NCBI GenBank assembly: GCA_963697165.1
Contig: CAVOMX010000025.1
Location: 1 to 64,000, forward strand
From: Candidatus Bathyarchaeota archaeon
Lineage (GTDB): Archaea; Thermoproteota; Bathyarchaeia; Bathyarchaeales; Bathyarchaeaceae
Direction of reading: 5' to 3'
DNA: 64,000 nt
The translations under genes were made by a program, and so were the position numbers. Below, piece after piece: positions 11,137 through 22,366 of this stretch. The notes below the pieces were generated by a model, which did no database searches, had not been told where the DNA came from, and saw only the letters and a program-made list of their open reading frames with translations. Position 1 is the first letter of the stretch. Each line of letters opens with the position of its first letter.

Positions 11137-11206
11137 ACTAGAAGTCAAGACACTGGTTGAATGAAAGATTATATCTAGGCAATTAATAGACTATGACGGT
11201 TAAAAA

Positions 11207-11302
11207 GGGCCCGTGGCCTAGACAGGATAAGGCGTCGGCCTTCTAATCTCCAAAGAAGAAGAAAGCCGAAGATCCGGGGTTCAAATCCCCGCGGGTCCGC
11301 CA
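11207..11302 (+). tRNA. tRNA-Arg(TCT) with an 18-nt canonical 37/38 intron (11246-11263)
   Basis: GGGCCCG/CGGGTCC acceptor, TCGGC/GCCGA anticodon stem, TTCAAAT T-loop, encoded CCA; BHB helix CTTC/GAAG. Confidence 0.95.
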
Positions 11303-11510
11303 CCTCCCAGTTCCGAAGAGCTTGATTAGTTGAAGTTTGGCTGTTTGGTTGCTTGAGTTAATGTGAAAGCCTCAAACAGGCTTTTGGCGGTGGCGGAGAT
11401 TTTAAGCTGTTTGTGTAGTTATACGGAAATTATAAATCTGCCCAAGTTAAAATAGGTAGCTTGCACATGCATTATTTGATTTGTTGATGTGCATAGAAAA
11501 GTGATATCGT

Positions 11511-12254
11511 ATGAATACACACGCAGAGGACCTGAAACTTCGTTTAATGACAATTGAGCTACTTCGAACAGCCAAGAAGGAGTACACTTACCGAGAGTTA
11601 TCTGCAAAAACCGATCTGCCTGTCACGGTTTTAAGCAGGTATGCTAAGGGTCATGTTTTGCCAAACGCTGAACGCGCTAAAGAACTTTGGGAAGTTTTGA
11701 CTAAACTTGTTGGTTTGAAGACTGAACTTCGCAAAAAAATAAAGTTTAACTCTGCGGGATACTTCAACAACACCTGGATTATAGGTGACAATAATATACT
11801 TCAGCAGGCAGCCCAGCATGCGCTTGCAACTTTCGCTGGGGGGCGCGTGACTAAAGTTTTGACTGCTGCTGTTGATGGAATACCTTTGGGGACCATGGTT
11901 GCGAATGCCTTGGGTGTTGATTTGTTGATTGCGAAACGAAACAAGGAGGTTGGGGTTCCAGCTTTTCTTGAGGAAACTTACGTTCTGAGTGGTTCGGGCG
12001 TTACCATGACGTTGTATCTGCCGAAGGATGCGTTGAAGCGTAGGGACAGCGTGCTTATTGTGGATGATATGATAAAGTCGGGTGAGACTCAGGCTGCGTT
12101 GGTTAACTTTGCCAAGAAGGCTAGGGCGGAGGTTTCTGGGGTTTACTCTCTTATTGCGGTTGGGGAGGATTGGCGACAGAACTTGAAGCTTCCTAAGGGA
12201 AGCCCAATTGAGGTTGTAATAAAAATCAACAACAAAGATAATATCAAAGCATAA
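11511..12254 (+). CDS. HTH plus phosphoribosyltransferase protein (PurR-like regulator / APRT-like)
   Basis: N-terminal HTH YTYRELSAKTDLPVTVLSRY; PRPP-binding VLIVDDMIKSGET. Confidence 0.85.
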   Translation: MNTHAEDLKLRLMTIELLRTAKKEYTYRELSAKTDLPVTVLSRYAKGHVLPNAERAKELWEVLTKLVGLKTELRKKIKFNSAGYFNNTWIIGDNNILQQAAQHALATFAGGRVTKVLTAAVDGIPLGTMVANALGVDLLIAKRNKEVGVPAFLEETYVLSGSGVTMTLYLPKDALKRRDSVLIVDDMIKSGETQAALVNFAKKARAEVSGVYSLIAVGEDWRQNLKLPKGSPIEVVIKINNKDNIKA

Positions 12255-12555
12255 ATGGCTAATGCGATTCTTAATGTCGAATCGTGTGGGGAGACTCTGG
12301 GAAGTGCAGGTAGGGAAAAAATGAAAACCCTCCACGTCGTTGCCGATGGTGGACGCTTCCCAAAATTGCTCTAGAATTCTGAAATCTTCCCAACTATTAA
12401 GTTGGATGTTTACATTTGAACACAGTGTCTTGCAGCGTATGCACGTAATTGTGGGTTATGCCACAGAGTGGTTTTGTTGGTTTGAAACTTTTATCTTTGT
12501 AGAAAACGTATTATCAAGGCAAATGCAAAATACACGTGAAGGCGGGTGTTGACAC

Positions 12556-13575
12556 GTGCGAACCATAGAATGGAAAGATGGCACAGTAGTTATTATTGAT
12601 CAAACAAAGTTGCCCAATGAGACTGTTTGGGTAAAGATAGCTGACTATAAGGCTATGGCTTCTGCGATTAAGGATATGAAGCTGCGGGGCGCTCCCCTTA
12701 TTGGCGTAGCGGCTGCGTATGGTCTGGCTCTAACTGCTTTTCACTCAAAATCTAAAACAAGAGAGGAGTTGCAAAAGGAACTGGAAGAGTCGACTGAGGT
12801 GCTACGTAAGACCCGTCCAACTGCCGTGAATTTGTTCTGGGCAATCGACAGGATAATGAAGAAGGCTCGAGACACGGCTGGAAGCAAGGAAGCTTTGGCG
12901 GAGGCTGTGGTGACTGAGGCACAGAAGATGGCGGATGAAGACGTGGAAACCAACAGAAAAATGGGAAAGCATGGAGCCGAACTCATAAAAGATGGTGATG
13001 TGGTTCTTACACACTGTAATGCAGGCAGTTTGGCTACTGTCGATTATGGCACAGCCCTTGGAGTAGTACGAGCAGCTATTGAAGAGGGAAAAAACGTTAA
13101 GGTTATCGCGTGTGAAACCAGACCGCGGCTTCAAGGGGCTAGATTAACCTGTTATGAGTTGATGCGGGACAATATCCCTGTGACGTTGATTAGCGATACT
13201 ATGGTTGGCTATGTTATGTCGAGGGGCATGGTGGATAAGGTTGTGGTTGGCGCGGACAGGATAGTCAGGGACGCTGTTCTAAACAAGATTGGAACCTATA
13301 ATGTTGCGGTTTTGGCGTTTGAGCATGGGATTCCATTCTTTGTGGCGGCTCCCATGTCAACGATGGATCAGTCTCGCACTTCCGAGGATGCAATTATCGA
13401 AGAAAGAAGTTCACAAGAGGTTACGAATGTAGGTTCCGAGAGGATAGCTCCCGAAGGCGTTAAGGTGTTGAATCCTGCTTTTGACATAACGCCGTTAGAG
13501 TATGTTGATGCGGTCATAACCGAGCAAGGAATTCTTGTTCCAGAGGTTCACCTGAAACAAAAAAGAAAGGATTAA
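12556..13575 (+). CDS. mtnA: S-methyl-5-thioribose-1-phosphate isomerase (eIF-2B alpha family)
   Basis: IDQTKLP, RGAPLIG, RPTAVNL, LTHCNAGSLAT, ETRPRLQG, NPAFDITP. Confidence 0.92.
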   Translation: MRTIEWKDGTVVIIDQTKLPNETVWVKIADYKAMASAIKDMKLRGAPLIGVAAAYGLALTAFHSKSKTREELQKELEESTEVLRKTRPTAVNLFWAIDRIMKKARDTAGSKEALAEAVVTEAQKMADEDVETNRKMGKHGAELIKDGDVVLTHCNAGSLATVDYGTALGVVRAAIEEGKNVKVIACETRPRLQGARLTCYELMRDNIPVTLISDTMVGYVMSRGMVDKVVVGADRIVRDAVLNKIGTYNVAVLAFEHGIPFFVAAPMSTMDQSRTSEDAIIEERSSQEVTNVGSERIAPEGVKVLNPAFDITPLEYVDAVITEQGILVPEVHLKQKRKD

Positions 13576-13780
13576 AGCAGACGCTCTCCTGCTGACCTAA
13601 TGAAAGCCAACTGGTTTTTGGAGAGAAACAAACGTTGGGCAAAGTAAAATGCAACCAAAAACACTGCATGAACAACCGTGACGGACAATGCCAATCACTA
13701 ATAAAAAATTGGTTCCGAGTCTGCAGATTCAAACGAAAACTCAAACAAGGACAGGCACAAGAAACCAAATAAATGAAGCA

Positions 13781-14296
13781 CTAAAAACTGTTTGATCTAG
13801 TTTTTTTCCAGACTAGAATTAATCTGATTATGTAGATTATTGCTGCTCCGAGGAAACTCGATATGCAGAAAATGTATGAGTCTAATCCAGCGGAAATTCC
13901 AGTAGTCAAGAGGGGATTATATGTTGAGGGATAGAATGGCTGGATGTCTGTGTAAATCCGCGAATCAAGCAGTATGTGAATGTAGATGCCAGATAAGGCA
14001 CCAACTAAGACCCTCTTGAATGACATCTTTTGGTCTAGCCTAAAAAAAGACAGCAAAGGAGACAGCTTGTCTCTTATTTGGCACATCACCAGAGCAAGAG
14101 GTAACGCCACCAATGTTCCACCTAGAAAGGAATGAAAGAATCCATGCAGTGGATAGTCCAAGTTTAAGGCTAGAACCAGAAACGGTTCCACATCAACAAT
14201 GACGCTGGCGACAAGAAACGTTGGAAAATCAATGAAACCAAGAAACAATAGACCAAGAAATAGTGCAGGACCAAGATGATATGGCGTGAAAGGCAT
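13781..14296 (-). CDS. Membrane-bound metal-dependent hydrolase-like protein
   Basis: MPFTPYH, D.EP, LHGFFHS, HILLD motifs with several TM helices. Confidence 0.75.
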   Translation of the reverse strand: MPFTPYHLGPALFLGLLFLGFIDFPTFLVASVIVDVEPFLVLALNLDYPLHGFFHSFLGGTLVALPLALVMCQIRDKLSPLLSFFRLDQKMSFKRVLVGALSGIYIHILLDSRIYTDIQPFYPSTYNPLLTTGISAGLDSYIFCISSFLGAAIIYIIRLILVWKKTRSNSF

Positions 14297-14353
14297 ATTT
14301 GCGTATTATTTCTAGCATGAAACTTAGCTTTTGTCGTCTTTACCTGTTCCGTG

Positions 14354-15871
14354 TTATTTTGTTCTGTTTCTGCTTTTTAGTAGGCTTTTGTTTATGCCGT
14401 CTATCATTGCTTCGACGCTTGCCATGACTATGTCTTCGTTGACTGCCCGTGAGGAAACCACGTTTCCGTCTTTGTCTTCAACTTTGATGATTACTTCTCC
14501 GATGGCGTCTGAGCCTCCAGTCGTAGCCTCAATGCGGTACTCCTTTAGCTTAACATTCACTAGCGGAGATGTTAGTTTCTGGACTGCCTTGATTGCAGCG
14601 TCAACAGGTCCAAAACCAGTCTCCGAAGCCAAATACTCTTTTCCATCCAGCACAAGCCTGACCGAAGCTGTTGGAATAACGCCTATTCCAGTAACAACCG
14701 AGAAGCCAGTCAAGTCAACAATCCGTTTCTCCTTGACAACCTTCCCCATCACAGCCCTTGCAATAGCGAGCATGTCAGCGTCTGTCACGGTTTTGCCTTT
14801 GTCGCCCAGCTCCTTGACTGTTTTAACGATTTCTCCAAGCTGCTCTTTAGTCGGATGCAAACCAGACTCTTCTAACTCTGCCCGTATTCCGCTGGCGCCT
14901 GCCAGTTTTCCGGCAACAAGTTTTCGTTTTCTTCCAACAAACTCGGGTCGGATAGGCTCAAAGGTTGAGGGCGCCACCGTAACTCCACGGGTATGAATAC
15001 CTGACTCGTGAGAGAATGCGTTCTCGCCTACGATTGCCTTGTTAGCCTGTATCTGCATGCCAGTTATCTTGGCGACCAGCCGCGAAGTTTCATAAAGCTG
15101 CGCGTGATTAATGTTTGTCTTCTTGTTGTAAATCAAATTGAGGGCAACAGCAACCTCCTCAAGCGCAGCGTTTCCTGCTCTCTCTCCTAAACCGTTAACT
15201 GCAACGTGAATCTGGGAAGCTCCCGCTTCAACTCCAGCTAAAGAGTTGGCAACCGCCATCCCAAAATCGTTGTGGCAGTGCACGCTTATGGGAATCTTGA
15301 CCACACTCTTGACATCACGGATTAGCTGCTGCATTGTTGTGGGAATCATAATCCCAACTGTGTCAGGAATGTTTATTCTGTCGGCTCCAGCCTCTTCTGC
15401 CGCCTTGCATATCTGCTTCAGAAAGTTTCTGTCTGTTCTTGAGGCATCCATCGGAGAATACTCGCAGACTAAACCGTAACTTTTGATGTACTCAATAGAA
15501 TCTATGGAACTTGCCAGAACCTGCTCTGGAGTCATGTTCACCGCATACTTCATCTGAACCTCAGAGGTCGAAATGAAAGTGTGAATTACATCAACATCAC
15601 AGGCGACGGCAACATCAATGTCCTTCCGTTTGGTTCGAGCCAAAGCACAAATCTCAGAAGATAATCCTGCCTTAGAAATCTCCTTAGCAGCCCTCTGCTC
15701 ACCCTCAGAACTGATCGGATAACCAGCCTCGATAGTGTCAACGCCCACCTTGTCAAGCTGCAGGGCAATCTCAAGCTTCTCCTCAGTAGTTAAAGAGACG
15801 CCGGGAGTCTGCTCCCCATCCCTCAATGTTGTATCGAAGATGCGTATGTAATCTCCACTTTTTGTTTCCAT
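14354..15871 (-). CDS. leuA: 2-isopropylmalate synthase (citramalate synthase not excluded)
   Basis: DTTLRDGEQ, HCHNDFG, GLGERAGNA, C-terminal regulatory domain; last gene of the leuCDBA operon. Confidence 0.9.
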   Translation of the reverse strand: METKSGDYIRIFDTTLRDGEQTPGVSLTTEEKLEIALQLDKVGVDTIEAGYPISSEGEQRAAKEISKAGLSSEICALARTKRKDIDVAVACDVDVIHTFISTSEVQMKYAVNMTPEQVLASSIDSIEYIKSYGLVCEYSPMDASRTDRNFLKQICKAAEEAGADRINIPDTVGIMIPTTMQQLIRDVKSVVKIPISVHCHNDFGMAVANSLAGVEAGASQIHVAVNGLGERAGNAALEEVAVALNLIYNKKTNINHAQLYETSRLVAKITGMQIQANKAIVGENAFSHESGIHTRGVTVAPSTFEPIRPEFVGRKRKLVAGKLAGASGIRAELEESGLHPTKEQLGEIVKTVKELGDKGKTVTDADMLAIARAVMGKVVKEKRIVDLTGFSVVTGIGVIPTASVRLVLDGKEYLASETGFGPVDAAIKAVQKLTSPLVNVKLKEYRIEATTGGSDAIGEVIIKVEDKDGNVVSSRAVNEDIVMASVEAMIDGINKSLLKSRNRTK

Positions 15872-15893
15872 GTTTCCCCCTTCCCAATGTATC

Positions 15894-16937
15894 CTATCTT
15901 TTACTTTTCAGAATCTCCTTAGCCATGGCCTGCGCCATCTCTAATGTCGTGGCATTGCCGCCAAAGTCAGGAATAGTTATGCCCTTACGCAACGTTTCTG
16001 CAACAGCATCCTCTATAGCCTGAGCCGCCCTGAAACATTCCTTGTCATCATACTTTTCGCCCAGCCAATCAAACATCATCCTCGCCGACAAAATCATCGA
16101 ACAAGGATTAGCAGTCTGTTTTCCTGCCCTGTTAGGCGCTGAACCATGAATAGGCTCAAACAACGCAAAATCGTCGCCAATATTTGCTCCCGGAGCCATC
16201 CCCAAGCCGCCAATAAGCTGCGCTGCCTCATCAGATAGAATGTCGCCAAACATGTTCGGAGTAACAAAAACATCAAACGTTTCCGGCTCCTTAATCAACC
16301 GCATCGACGCAGCATCAACATACAACTCATCAAAGGCAATGTCCGGATACTGCTTAGCAACCTCTCTACACGTCCTCGCGAAGAGCCCACAAGTCAGCTT
16401 CATAACGTTAGCCTTATGAATCGCTGTGACACGTTTCTTTCCGTTTCTTTTTCTGGCGGTTTCGAAAGCTTTCTTTGCTATTCTCTCGCTGTTTTTCTTT
16501 GTTATGACCCGTATGCAGAAGGCTGTGTCTTCCATCTCGAATTCTATGCCCCTGTAAACGTCCTCTGTGTTTTCTCTAACGAAAATCATGTCGATGTCAG
16601 GCTTCAAGCTGGGAATCGGAGGATACGTCTTGATTGGACGGATGTTGGCGTAAAGGTCAAACATAATTCTCAGTTTAACTATAACATCAGCGGCTGTTTC
16701 TCCTACTGGCCCCTTCATGCACACATGAGAGTTTCTGATTATTTCGATGGTTTCCTCTGGAAGCGCTACTCCAGTCTTTTCATAGCATGCGTCGCCAGCC
16801 TCAACTTTAACTATATCCAAGCTGAGGTCAAACTTTTGTTGAACCGCATCCAAAATTTCTAGGGTAGCCTCTGATAATTCGGGTCCTATCCCGTCCCCTG
16901 GAATTAAAGATATTTTGTATTTACTCATTGGTTTCAA
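15894..16937 (-). CDS. leuB: 3-isopropylmalate dehydrogenase
   Basis: PGDGIGPE, NMFGDILSD, FEPIHGSAP. Confidence 0.9.
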   Translation of the reverse strand: MKPMSKYKISLIPGDGIGPELSEATLEILDAVQQKFDLSLDIVKVEAGDACYEKTGVALPEETIEIIRNSHVCMKGPVGETAADVIVKLRIMFDLYANIRPIKTYPPIPSLKPDIDMIFVRENTEDVYRGIEFEMEDTAFCIRVITKKNSERIAKKAFETARKRNGKKRVTAIHKANVMKLTCGLFARTCREVAKQYPDIAFDELYVDAASMRLIKEPETFDVFVTPNMFGDILSDEAAQLIGGLGMAPGANIGDDFALFEPIHGSAPNRAGKQTANPCSMILSARMMFDWLGEKYDDKECFRAAQAIEDAVAETLRKGITIPDFGGNATTLEMAQAMAKEILKSKR

Positions 16938-17427
16938 ATCTCCTTTTCAGATGTTCAATTAATCCGCCATCATCAAGAACTTCCATGATAAACTCTGGAA
17001 GCTGCGTTGCCTGCAATACAGAGCCGCTTGTTTTATCCTCAACTTTGCCCGTCTGCAGATTCACCGCCAACTCATCTCCCTCGTTAACCTTGCCTGAAAC
17101 TCCAACGCACACCAAAACAGGCAAGCCTATGGTTATGGCGTTCCTGTAGAATATACGCGCAAAGGATTCAGCAAGTACACATTTGACTCCAGCAAACTTC
17201 AATGCGATAGGCGCCTGTTCCCTGCTTGAGCCGCAACCAAAATTTTTGCCGCCAACAACAATTACTCCGCTGGCTGCTTTTTCTGGAAACTGTGGGTCTA
17301 AGCCTTCCATGGCATGTTTTGCCAACTCGTTTGAGTCTGTGTGAACCAAGTATGGTCCGGGCAGAATCACGTCTGTGTCTACGTTGTTTCCAAACTTGAT
17401 TACTTTTCCACGTATCGTCAACTTCAT
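16921..17427 (-). CDS. leuD: 3-isopropylmalate dehydratase small subunit
   Basis: DTDVILP, NFGCGSSREQA, SFARIFYRN. Confidence 0.93.
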   Translation of the reverse strand: MKLTIRGKVIKFGNNVDTDVILPGPYLVHTDSNELAKHAMEGLDPQFPEKAASGVIVVGGKNFGCGSSREQAPIALKFAGVKCVLAESFARIFYRNAITIGLPVLVCVGVSGKVNEGDELAVNLQTGKVEDKTSGSVLQATQLPEFIMEVLDDGGLIEHLKRRFETNE

Positions 17428-18689
17428 TTCACCTTCATACTTTTTCGGGGGTCAGTGATTTTTCCTGTAATGGCTGACGCTGCAACTGTCTCGGGAGAAG
17501 CCAAATACACGAAAGATTTGGTGCTTCCCATTCTGCCAACAAAGTTTCTGTTTGACGTGCTGATACACACCTCACCCTCCGCCAGAATACCCATGTGCCC
17601 GCCTAAGCATGGACCACAATTTGGGTTACCTACTGTGGCGCCAGATTCCATGAACGTTTTGATCAGCCCCTCGTTTAAGGCGTTCAAGTATATTTCTTGG
17701 GACGCCGGAATCACAACCAACCGAATTCCCCTAGCAATCTTTTTGCCTTTCAATATTTGGGCAGCAGACCTCAAATCTTCTAATCGCCCATTAGTACAGG
17801 AGCCTATGAACGCCTGATTTACCGGCACATCCTCTACCGCGGATACTGGTTTAACGTTGTCGACTGAGTGAGGAACCGCAACTTGAGGCTCCAAATCCGA
17901 AACATCCACGTCAACAACCTTTTCGTATGCTGCGTCTGCGTCGCTTTTTACGGGATTAAATGGCTTGTCGGTTCTGGCGTTAACGTAATCTAACGTTTTT
18001 TGGTCAGGCTCGATAATGCCCGCTTTGGCTCCCATCTCCACAGCCATGTTAGCTAACACCATTCTGCCATCAATACTCATGTCTCGTATTGTGGAGCCGC
18101 CAAACTCCAGTCCCTTATAGATTGCGCCATCAGCACCAATCTTGCCAACAATATTCAACGTCAAGTCTTTTGCTGTCACCAAATTCTGGAATTTGCCAGT
18201 CACATCTACCTTGATGACCTCAGGCACCCTAAACCACAACTTGCCAGTTGCGAAAACTGCAGCCAACTCTGTTGAACCAATTCCTGTTGCAAAGGCACCG
18301 AACGCTCCGTAAGTGCATGTGTGAGAATCTGAGCCAACAATCACTTCTCCCGGTCGAACATAACCTCTCTCAGGCATTACCTGATGACAGACTCCGCCCC
18401 TGCCTACATCATAGAAGTTTGTGATACTTTGTTCTTCAGCAAAGTTTCGTACAATCTTGTGTAAGCCTGCTGATATCACCGAGCTGGCTGGAACCAAGTG
18501 GTCTAGTATGATGACTACTTTGTTGTTGTCCCATACTTTTTTGGCTCCAATCTCTCGAAATGATTTGATGGCTAAAGGACCCGTTAAATCGTGGGTCATT
18601 GCAACATCAATATTGGCTTCCACTATCTCTCCTGAATAGACTTGCTGTTTTTCTGAAGCTCTAGCTAAGATTTTTTCTATAATGTTCAT
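17424..18689 (-). CDS. leuC: 3-isopropylmalate dehydratase large subunit
   Basis: DSHTCTYGA, IGSCTNGR, CGPCLG, NRNFVGRMG. Confidence 0.94.
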   Translation of the reverse strand: MNIIEKILARASEKQQVYSGEIVEANIDVAMTHDLTGPLAIKSFREIGAKKVWDNNKVVIILDHLVPASSVISAGLHKIVRNFAEEQSITNFYDVGRGGVCHQVMPERGYVRPGEVIVGSDSHTCTYGAFGAFATGIGSTELAAVFATGKLWFRVPEVIKVDVTGKFQNLVTAKDLTLNIVGKIGADGAIYKGLEFGGSTIRDMSIDGRMVLANMAVEMGAKAGIIEPDQKTLDYVNARTDKPFNPVKSDADAAYEKVVDVDVSDLEPQVAVPHSVDNVKPVSAVEDVPVNQAFIGSCTNGRLEDLRSAAQILKGKKIARGIRLVVIPASQEIYLNALNEGLIKTFMESGATVGNPNCGPCLGGHMGILAEGEVCISTSNRNFVGRMGSTKSFVYLASPETVAASAITGKITDPRKSMKVK

Positions 18690-18966
18690 GATACGTCACC
18701 TTCAATCTGATTTTTCCATATAAATATATCCACTACGCAGTATCCTGAGGACTCAGGTTCGGATAAGATGAAAATGTTTGTACAAGAGGCTGTGCTAACA
18801 AAGCTTGGATTAATTGAGCGAAATGCTTTATCGACGGAGGAAACGATCCCTCATTTTTATAGCCTCTAAAAGGTCAGTATGCGGGCAATCTTAAAAATCT
18901 TTAGGCGTAGGTGATGAAGTTAACAATTGAAGTGATTAGTTACAAAATACTGTGCTTAGGTTCAGT

Positions 18967-19746
18967 CTATCCCATGATTTTTGAGGACAGATCATCGGTT
19001 AAAGAAATTATCCATGCTTCATTCGATATTGGACTAACTGGAGAGCCATATTGTTTCTCTTTATGGTGACTGGCAATAATATGTAATAGTGGATCAACTT
19101 CACTGCATTGAATATATTTAGACGCTATTTTCACTCCATTGATTATGTGATCCTGTTCTGAGATAGTAGAGCAAACGGCAATTCCGCCCTCAACAAGCTT
19201 GTAACAATTAATTTTACCGATATCATGCAGTATTGAACCAGCGATTATCAGGTCACTGTTTACATTAATATCATCATTAAAGGTGTTTATTATTCCAAAA
19301 GCTAAATCAATGATTTGAATTGTGTGTTCGAGTAGCCCATGTTTGTATGCATGATGGTGACGTTTTGCTGCTGGGCATTCGTAATAAAATGGGTTCTCCT
19401 GAAGAACTGTCTGAATACATTTTTTCAGTTCTGTATTTTCTATTTTTTCAACAAAATTTGCCAATTTAGCCCTTAATTCAGCTTCAGATAGGGACGGCTG
19501 AGTTTTTAATTCTCTATTGGATAATTTTTTTATTCCTTCAGTTCCGATATACCAATATTTAGGCTTACTATCACCTTGAAACATTAACGAGTATAAGTCT
19601 CTAAGTTCCTTTTTTAAAACAGGCAAATTATTCAGACGATACATCACCTCTTCAACCAGAATAATTTCATCGTCTCGTTTTTCAAAATGAAGACCATGCT
19701 TGGAAAGTCGCCCATTCAATTTTGTTAAATTGGCTTCAAGAAACAA
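18967..19746 (-). CDS. HD-domain phosphohydrolase, YhaM/Cbf1-like
   Basis: PAAKRHHHAY.HGLLEHT, LHDIGK, SHH..YGSP; lacks the N-terminal OB-fold; AT-rich. Confidence 0.8.
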   Translation of the reverse strand: MFLEANLTKLNGRLSKHGLHFEKRDDEIILVEEVMYRLNNLPVLKKELRDLYSLMFQGDSKPKYWYIGTEGIKKLSNRELKTQPSLSEAELRAKLANFVEKIENTELKKCIQTVLQENPFYYECPAAKRHHHAYKHGLLEHTIQIIDLAFGIINTFNDDINVNSDLIIAGSILHDIGKINCYKLVEGGIAVCSTISEQDHIINGVKIASKYIQCSEVDPLLHIIASHHKEKQYGSPVSPISNEAWIISLTDDLSSKIMG

Positions 19747-19944
19747 CGCAATTCACAACGTAGTAAATCATGGAATGCAGTTTATGCTTTTCTGTTACAG
19801 TTTTTGTCAAGTTGGTGGTTGACAATACAAATTTAAGTTTAACAACCGAAGACTTTACAGAACCGTAAATCGAAAACAATATTAGCGGCAGTTTTTCAAT
19901 TCTTTTCGAACAGACTGAAAAGGTAGCATCTAGAACGTGATTTT

Positions 19945-20472
19945 ATGGATCAAGATAATTCCAAGGAACCTCAAGAGCAGATACAAGATTTAGAGGAACG
20001 CCTAGTGCAGGAACAAGAGAAGACACAAGAGTACTTGAGACAACTAAAGTATCTGCAGGCAGACTTTGAAAATTATCGGAAACGAAAAGAAAGAGAAACG
20101 AACGAGTTGACTGATCACAGCAACGAGAAACTGGTTGCGGAGCTCCTGTGTTTCGTTGACGACTTGGAGAGGGCTATTAATTCTGGAAAAGAGACATCTG
20201 ATGCGTCGGCTCTTTTGAAGGGGATCGAAATGATTCACAAAAACTTAACTCGCATGCTAGAGAAAGAGGGGCTAGAATGTATTGATGCTGTGGGTAAGGT
20301 TTTTGATCCAAAGTTTCATGAGATAGTATGTAAGATACCCCGAGGCGATTGTGAAGAGTGCTTAGTTCTTGAGGAAGTGCGAAGAGGATTTGTATTTAAA
20401 GGGCGGGTTCTTAGACCCTGCATGGTTAACGTTTCATGCATAATAGATGAAGAGGCGAAGAATAATGAGTAA
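19945..20472 (+). CDS. grpE: Nucleotide exchange factor GrpE
   Basis: [24 protein letters not shown]. Confidence 0.95.
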   Translation: MDQDNSKEPQEQIQDLEERLVQEQEKTQEYLRQLKYLQADFENYRKRKERETNELTDHSNEKLVAELLCFVDDLERAINSGKETSDASALLKGIEMIHKNLTRMLEKEGLECIDAVGKVFDPKFHEIVCKIPRGDCEECLVLEEVRRGFVFKGRVLRPCMVNVSCIIDEEAKNNE

Positions 20473-22333
20473 AAACGAAAAAAGAGAAAAAATTTTAGGA
20501 ATAGACCTTGGAACAACCAACTCGGCTGCGGCTATCATGGAAGCTGGCAGACCCGTAACCATACCTAGCGCGGAAGGACCAACTATTGCGGGTAAAATGT
20601 TCCCGTCAGTAGTAGCTTTCACCAAAGAAGGACAGCTGCTTGTTGGAGACCCAGCAAGACGGCAAGCAGTCACAAACGCGGAAGGCTCCATCTTTGAGAT
20701 AAAACGCAAAATGGGAACAAACGAGAAAGTATCAATCCGCGGAAAAGAGTATACTCCGCAGCAGATTTCGGCGTTTATTCTGCAAAAAATAAAGCGGGAT
20801 GCAGAAACTTTTCTGGGCGAAAAAATCAAAAAGTGTGTAATTACTGTTCCTGCTCACTTTAATGACAACCAGAGGCAGGCTACTAAAGATGCGGGAGAGA
20901 TTGCGGGATTTGAGGTTTCCAGGATACTTAATGAGCCAACAGCCGCCTCTCTAGCATATGGGCTAGACAAGCTTGAAAACGAAATGAAAATTCTTGTTTT
21001 CAGCTTCGGCGGAGGAACCAACGACACCACAATCATGGATTTTGGCACAGGCGTCTTTGAAGTATTAGCAACAAGCGGCGATACCCAGCTTGGCGGAACG
21101 GACGTGGACAAGGCTGTAGTCAATTATCTTTTGAACGAATTCAAAGCTAAAGAGAACATCAACCTTAGCGGCGACCCAATGGCGCTGCGCAGACTAAAAG
21201 AGGCAGCTGAGAACGCGAAGATAGAACTTTCCACCCTTTTGAATACAGACATAAATCTTCCTTTCATATCCTCTGACTCAGCCGGACCCAAACACTTGCA
21301 CGTCACGCTTACCCGCGCTAAGCTTGAGCAGTTAGCAATGCCAATCGTTGAGAGGATCAGAGACCCAATACTAAGAACACTAAAAGACACAAAACTTGAA
21401 CCAAAAGACATCGACAAAATCATCTTGATTGGCGGACAAACCAGAATGCCACTTGTCAAAAAGTTTGTGGAAGATTTGCTGGGCAAACAGGCAGAACGCG
21501 GAGTTGACCCGATGGAGTGTGTTGCTGTAGGCGCGGCGATTCAAGGCGGCGTTTTAGCTGGCGACGTAACGGATCTGCTGCTGTTGGATGTTACGCCGCT
21601 CTCTTTGGGTGTTGAAACTTTAGGAGCGGTCTTCACAAAGATTATAGAACGCAACACAACCATTCCAACAAAGAAAAGCCAGATATTCTCAACAGCCGCG
21701 GACTTCCAGACTGCTGTTACAATCAACGTTTTACAGGGAGAACGGGCAATGGCGTCAGACAACATTTCATTAGGAATGTTCAACTTGACAGGAATTCCCG
21801 GTGCTCCACGGGGCGTTCCTCAGATTGAGGTGTCCTTTGATATTGACGCTGATGGAATACTGAATGTTTCTGCTAAGGATTTGGCTACTGGAAAGGAGCA
21901 GAAGATCACGATTACGGCTTCAACGAAGTTGTCTGAAAGCGAGAAGGAACGTATGATGAAAGAGTCCGAGAATTTTGCTGAGGAGGACAAGAAACGGAAG
22001 GAGGAAGTTGAGGTGCGTAACAATGCTGATTCTCTTCTTTACACTTCTGAAAAGACAAAAACGGATTTGGGTGACAAACTCAGCAAAGATCAGACGCAGA
22101 AGATAGATGATGCAGCAGCTAAACTACGAGAGGCAATAAATGGCAGCGACATTGAAAAGATCAAAGCCGAGAATGAGGCGTTTTCGAAGGTTCTGCAAGA
22201 GGTTGGAACAGTTATTTATCAGCAAGCGGCAGCAGCGGCTCAGGCGGCGGCTCAAAAACCTGAAGACAGCAGCAGTGAATCTGACAAGAAAGTTGTTGAT
22301 GCTGAATACGAAGACGTCAAAGACGAGAAATAA
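20465..22333 (+). CDS. dnaK: Chaperone DnaK (Hsp70)
   Basis: [34 protein letters not shown] at 20465 overlapping the grpE end. Confidence 0.97.
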   Translation: MSKNEKREKILGIDLGTTNSAAAIMEAGRPVTIPSAEGPTIAGKMFPSVVAFTKEGQLLVGDPARRQAVTNAEGSIFEIKRKMGTNEKVSIRGKEYTPQQISAFILQKIKRDAETFLGEKIKKCVITVPAHFNDNQRQATKDAGEIAGFEVSRILNEPTAASLAYGLDKLENEMKILVFSFGGGTNDTTIMDFGTGVFEVLATSGDTQLGGTDVDKAVVNYLLNEFKAKENINLSGDPMALRRLKEAAENAKIELSTLLNTDINLPFISSDSAGPKHLHVTLTRAKLEQLAMPIVERIRDPILRTLKDTKLEPKDIDKIILIGGQTRMPLVKKFVEDLLGKQAERGVDPMECVAVGAAIQGGVLAGDVTDLLLLDVTPLSLGVETLGAVFTKIIERNTTIPTKKSQIFSTAADFQTAVTINVLQGERAMASDNISLGMFNLTGIPGAPRGVPQIEVSFDIDADGILNVSAKDLATGKEQKITITASTKLSESEKERMMKESENFAEEDKKRKEEVEVRNNADSLLYTSEKTKTDLGDKLSKDQTQKIDDAAAKLREAINGSDIEKIKAENEAFSKVLQEVGTVIYQQAAAAAQAAAQKPEDSSSESDKKVVDAEYEDVKDEK

Positions 22334-22366
22334 CAGTGAAGGGTGCTTCTTTAGGCTGATTACCAA

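Noticed and set aside
18760..18875. Possible leu attenuator (MRDRFLRR mini-ORF, AGAGGCT/AGCCTCT pairing)
   Set aside because: Only one Leu codon and no terminator/antiterminator pair; insufficient support.
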